From NCBI GenBank assembly GCA_012295275.1, contig CM022667.1:18972001-19036000 (forward strand): a DNA stretch of 64,000 nt, written 5' to 3'. Position 1 is the stretch's first letter. Every line of letters begins with the position of its first letter. Shown in pieces: positions 15,453 through 64,000 of the stretch. This DNA comes from Chrysomallon squamiferum (lineage: Eukaryota; Animalia; Mollusca). A program made the position numbers and the translations under genes. The notes under the pieces are model-generated. The model did no database searches. It worked only from the letters and a program-made list of their open reading frames with translations, and had not been told where the DNA came from.

Positions 15453-18303
15453 GACTCATTTACATACAAACCAATCACACAGACAGATTTAAAGACATAC
15501 ATACACACACACAAATATTCCAATGTGCATACACAGAAACCCAATTATAACATATACAAAAATACACTGATAAAACAAACATAAATAGGATTACAAACAA
15601 TATTTACATGAACAATAACAACTGTAAAACAACCCTCTGTACAACAGACAAAGATATCTTTTTAATACAAAAACAAACTGATTTTTAAAAAAATCAAACT
15701 GCTGTCTTATATAAAGATGAATGCTGGTACATAAAGGATAAAATCTACTGGCATTGAAAAATTATTTGTTTTGCTCATCTAAACATGTACATCAGTAAAA
15801 GCAGTTGAAGGATGCTGTACATTTTTTCTCAAGCCACACACTGCTCCACAACTAGGTAATAATAATAAAAAAAAATAATAAAAACTTCCATATCTGAAGA
15901 AAGATGCATGTAAAAAATCACATAAACTGTTGAAGATCAAAATAGCAGATCATCTTGAATGAAAAATAACAAACTTGTCATCTACAGAGAAAATGTCTGT
16001 GACAGTTTTATTAACAGCTGATAAAAGCTAGATTTTTAAAGAGTATTTCAATGATGTAAAACAGAAAACAGTCTTGCTCTTTCAGTGCTAATAGGTTTAC
16101 CTATTTGTATTTTTACATTTGAACCTATCCTGTCTGTTAACATTACCTTGAAATTAAAAACATGCTGAAAATTAATCTCAATGAATTATCCATATCTGAA
16201 ACCATTTTTTGGCTGCCTTCAATTTACAATGCCTAGTCCAGCAATGTTTCATCCTAGATAAATACATATATTTTGACAGTGTGTGTGTGTGCATTGTGAT
16301 AAAGCTGGTTATTTTCAAAATTTGTTAATCTACCTTGTTATGTCACATTTCAGTATTTTTAACAAATAGCTAATGTTACAATGATGTAAATTTAAAATTT
16401 CATTCTCTGTTTGAACTAGATCTTAATCTGCAGAGCTCAAAAATATCCAGATAATACACCTGTTTCATATTAGCACCAAAACCCCAAATAAGAAGCAAAC
16501 AACTATCAATAAATACTATTACTGAATTAACAATGAGTACAGATTTCCTAGTGACACCTTGGAAATGAGAAAGTAATTTTTGGTGTTTTATTTTTTTTTT
16601 TTTATTAATATTATTATTATTATTATTATTTTTTTTTTTTTTATTGTTTTTTAAATACAATTCCCCTAGTGACATTTTGGCAAAGGGAAGGTAATTTAAA
16701 TTTTTTTTTCCACCTGTTTTTTTGTTTTGTTGGAAATACTCACTAAGTTCAAAAACTCACCAATGAGAAGTAGTGAGAAAACATAACAGAGTAAAATCCA
16801 CTATGTTTTATTTATCTCTGTGTGTTTTATTTTTATCTTTTTCATGTGACATCCACTCCAGTGCAGCTTGATACTATTATCATATCCACAATAGATGTAC
16901 AGTTCCACTGAACAGTTTTATAGAGGCACTTTAATCAGAACTCTGTATTTATATATATAAATGTATTTTAAAATAATATAAAATCTAATATTTAGCACCA
17001 AATTAAAAACATTTTGAGTTAAATTTATTTATATGTTAATGGAAAATTCTGTTTCTGCACATTAAAAGATTTCATTAATAAAATAGTCAAATAATAATAA
17101 TAATAATATTAAATAATGATTATTATAAAACAATGATTATAAATCTAAAATTTATTAATCTGATTCTTTTAAAGTATGTTGCATGTGTATATAAATACAA
17201 TTCAAAACTTATTTAAACAGAATATAATAATAACAAATAAATAATAAAACATTTCATTTTTATATTTGACAGCTAAAACAACAGACAACAAATGAACAAA
17301 ATAAAACAATGAGACCAATAATTCAAACTGAAATCTTCTTCAGTAACATTATAATCATGTAAGTATAAAACATAAAAAGATATGATCAAATACTTCAATA
17401 TTATAATGTTTTATCATTAAAATTTCGTTTTTTTGATTTGTTTAAGCCCTCACCCAGTTCCTATTTTTATTTCTTTATTTTTAAAAAAAAAAGGAACAAC
17501 AACACATGCTCTACAGCTATATAATAGGTTTATCTCCCTTGGTTTTCTTGTGACATTTTCTAGCGACCATTATGAAAATCATTGCAACTGTTTCACAGCT
17601 GACATTTTCACATTTTTAAACTGTGATATGTTACATGGATTGCAGATTATGATGAAAACCACAGCAAATTTGAGACAGTGACCTGTATTTAAACACAGCA
17701 GTTTTACTACAGTCAAAATAACAAACAGTCACATTGATAAACACTTAATGTATATCAATTCAGATTAAAAACAACAGTATTTCTACAGTCTGAGATAAGC
17801 ACTGAATTAGATTAATTAAAATTAAAAACATTAGTTTTATACAATGAAAATATTGAAGAATCAATCTGACTTAGATAAATATTTAACAGGCCAAAATATT
17901 AATTACTGAATGTGTATTAATGAAAATTTAAACACACTTGTAATTCTACAGTCATAAAGAAAACAAAAACAGTGCCATAATTTGCTTTTTATAATTTTTG
18001 TAAATGAAATCACGGTTGAACACAAATCATAAGCAGTATACAGGTTTGTTTGTGTGTTTTTGTAATGAAAACGTTTAATATTAACTAAGTAACATAAACA
18101 TCTCTACAAATTATACAAGACAAAATAACAATAATAATAATAATAATAATGATGATAATAATAATAAATTATATTTTTTTGAAAATATAACCATTTGTAA
18201 ATAATTATACAAGAGATACTTTATATTAAAATAATTATAAATTATGATTTTTAAAAGAATTTTGGAATTGCAGATAATGGATTTTTAAAACACAGTTTTG
18301 TTT

Positions 18304-61592
<43,289 letters not shown>

Positions 61593-61801
61593 CTTTAAAC
61601 AAAACTGTCCCGCATTGAAAATAAATAGCAAAGTTATTCCACATCTTCACACTTCAAAAGGTTATTAATTTAGAATATGTATTTGGTGAGATGCTATGAA
61701 TATTGTGAAAATACTGCAACAGTGTAAGTGTGAATGCATAATAAAAATATATACACATTTAGTTAATTCATTAAGTTGATGCGGAATTAGAATGTATCAA
61801 A
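61593..61801. promoter_or_regulatory. Bidirectional promoter region between TMX3 (-) and PFDN4 (+)
   Basis: Start codons are 209 bp apart, head-to-head; the surrounding ~61300-62030 retains CpGs. Confidence 0.75.
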
Positions 61802-62048
61802 ATGGCCACTGTCAAAGACGTAGTGAGTTTTAGTTGCATGGAATGTAGTGTTTATAGTTAGCGCACAATTTTACAGTATCGTTTATTTCGTTTTATTAAT
61901 ATAATTTTCTATTTTCTTTTTTTTTTTAATTTCTTTTTCTATCCGTTGATTATTTCATCATGTCTCCTCTTTTTCTCTAAGTGTTTCATTATAACGATTA
62001 AGATTATTGTATACGAATTAAGTGTATTAAAACTTATTATTATTATTA

Positions 62049-62091
<43 letters not shown>

Positions 62092-62393
62092 AACTAAATG
62101 TGTCAGTATGGTTCATAATTCATGTTACAAGTTATGAAAGCATCTGAGTTATAAAATGTGAAAATATACTTGAAGGAAGCAGATGCACAGGTTACATATG
62201 AAGATCAACAGAAGATTAATAAATTTGCTCGTCATAATGCCAGGCTAAATGATATAAAAGAAGAGCTTATAGCTAAAAAGGTAATATATGTTTCATTTTT
62301 ATTTAAATGTAGAAAGAGAATCAGATTTATTGTAGTTTTAAAATGAAACCTGATTTATGCACTTATGTATTATATATATATATATATAAATAT

Positions 62394-62430
<37 letters not shown>

Positions 62431-63621
62431 TATATATATATATATATAAATATATCACATTAACATGATTTAATATTTTTATTCACAACAGTATGTGAGT
62501 ATGAAATTAAGAATATCTGTTGATGCTTTTGGGGTATTTCAGAAAGAACTTCAGAATTTGGATGATGCAAGTGACGAACTGGTTTTACAAGATGATGAAC
62601 AGCCAATTCCATATCCTTTTAAATATTAGCATTAACTGTTTTAAAACATGTGGAAATACATGTATGTGCTTTTGTGTATTATAAGGCATAAAAATGGGAA
62701 AAGTATGTTTTCAAACTAAATATAACATGATAAAAGTCCTATAAATAAAATATAGAAGTGCATGCACACACACACACAAATACATACATTCATAGACATA
62801 AAATGCATAATACTCTCAGGTAACATAAACCTTTCATTTGTTGATTGTTGTGCAATAGCATGGGGACTGTTCTAATGGCATACAGGGAAGAATTTATTGT
62901 GTAATACATCATGTTTCAGATAAATACAACATAACTTAGTTACAATTCATTTATTATTATTATTTATTTTTATTTGTTATTAATATTATTATTATTCATT
63001 TTTTCATTTATTTTTTATTTATGTTTTATGTTTTATTTTTATTTTTTTTTTTGAAAACTTGTTTCATCATGAATCATCTGCTTTCTATGTATCTGTTATA
63101 TAAACATACAGAAATTTTAGTTAAATAATTATTTGATTTTAGAATGAAATTCATTTTAATAAACATGACAAACATTACACAGTTTAACAGTAAAAGCAAA
63201 TTGACTATTATTACCACTGCTAACCAAATACCATTTTTCTTATGATTAAAAAATCTTTATTTTTGTATTAATGCTTACAGATTTATGTCTTTTAGTATAT
63301 GTGATCCTGTATTAAAGAAATATTTTCATAAAGTGTAAAATTTATCTAAGTACTGTTTTAAATACAAAATACAGCCCTAAAAATTTCATTTAATGATTTA
63401 TTTTCTTTAACTGAATCACATATCAGATAGGTGAATTTTTTATCAGTACAACAATAGACGAAGCTAACAAAATGATTGACGCAGCAAAAGAAGCAACAAA
63501 AAACGACATAAAAGAACTGGAAGAAAAGGCAGAGAGTCACAAAACAGTTTTATCTGATTTAAAAATCCAGCTGTATGCCAAGTTTGGAAATAATATAAAT
63601 TTAGAAGCCGAAGAAGATTAG
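61802..63621 (+). CDS. PFDN4: Prefoldin subunit 4; 4 coding exons, ~131 aa
   Basis: Exons 61802-61822, 62176-62280, 62543-62610, 63420-63621 (396 nt). VTYEDQQKINKFAR, LQNLDDA, IPYQIGEFFIS and LKIQLYAKFGNNINLEAEED match the PFDN4 family. Intron 3 is AT-AC. Confidence 0.95.
62611..63419 (+). other. U12-type (minor spliceosome) AT-AC intron of PFDN4
   Basis: 5' end ATATCCTTTT (U12 consensus), branch-like TTCTTTAAC at 63403-63411, ending ...AATCAC|. Splicing restores the conserved IP-YQIG frame. Confidence 0.92.
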
Positions 63622-63868
63622 AGATGATTTTATTTCTTTATCATTTTGTAATCATCATGTGAAGTTTATGTTTATGTTCATTTGCATGAGGAAATTAACT
63701 TTGAATTAAAAAACAAAAGCTTGTTTTATCTTGTCAGTTATAATCACTCTGTTCGTTGTCATATAAAAAAATCACATGAAGATTACAATTCTCCATCTTC
63801 TTACAGAAGTATCACATCACATTTTAATTTTTGTTTTCATTATCAATTACTGAATTAGCTAGTTTTCT

Positions 63869-63933
<65 letters not shown>

Positions 63934-64000
63934 CCATCTGTCTCTGTGTGTGTGTTTCCCTTGCTTTTGCTTTATTTCCTTGCATGTATATACATCTGCA

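Overview
AT-rich, microsatellite-dense animal genomic DNA, probably a gastropod mollusc (inferred from the gene set and a recalled gastropod repeat family). I assembled five spliced protein-coding genes by hand with phase-consistent splice sites. (1) Cytochrome c1, CYC1 (+, 8 exons, 15-5976). (2) An uncharacterised secreted PAN/Apple-EGF/EB-PAN protein (+, 4 exons, 11584-13420). (3) Protein disulfide-isomerase TMX3 (-, 14 exons, 61592-18304). (4) An angiopoietin-like fibrinogen-related gene (+, 2 exons, 30025-53419), nested antisense inside the 35.4-kb intron 9 of TMX3. (5) Prefoldin subunit 4, PFDN4 (+, 4 exons, 61802-63621), head-to-head with TMX3 and carrying a minor-spliceosome AT-AC intron. 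Other notable points are a furin-like RKKR site in the nested protein, sharp CpG-rich/CpG-poor domains that suggest mosaic methylation, a 26-bp palindromic minisatellite with a higher-order duplication, and decayed SINE-like fragments. Most ORFs in the supplied track are microsatellite or low-complexity artefacts. I found no prokaryotic-type system such as CRISPR.
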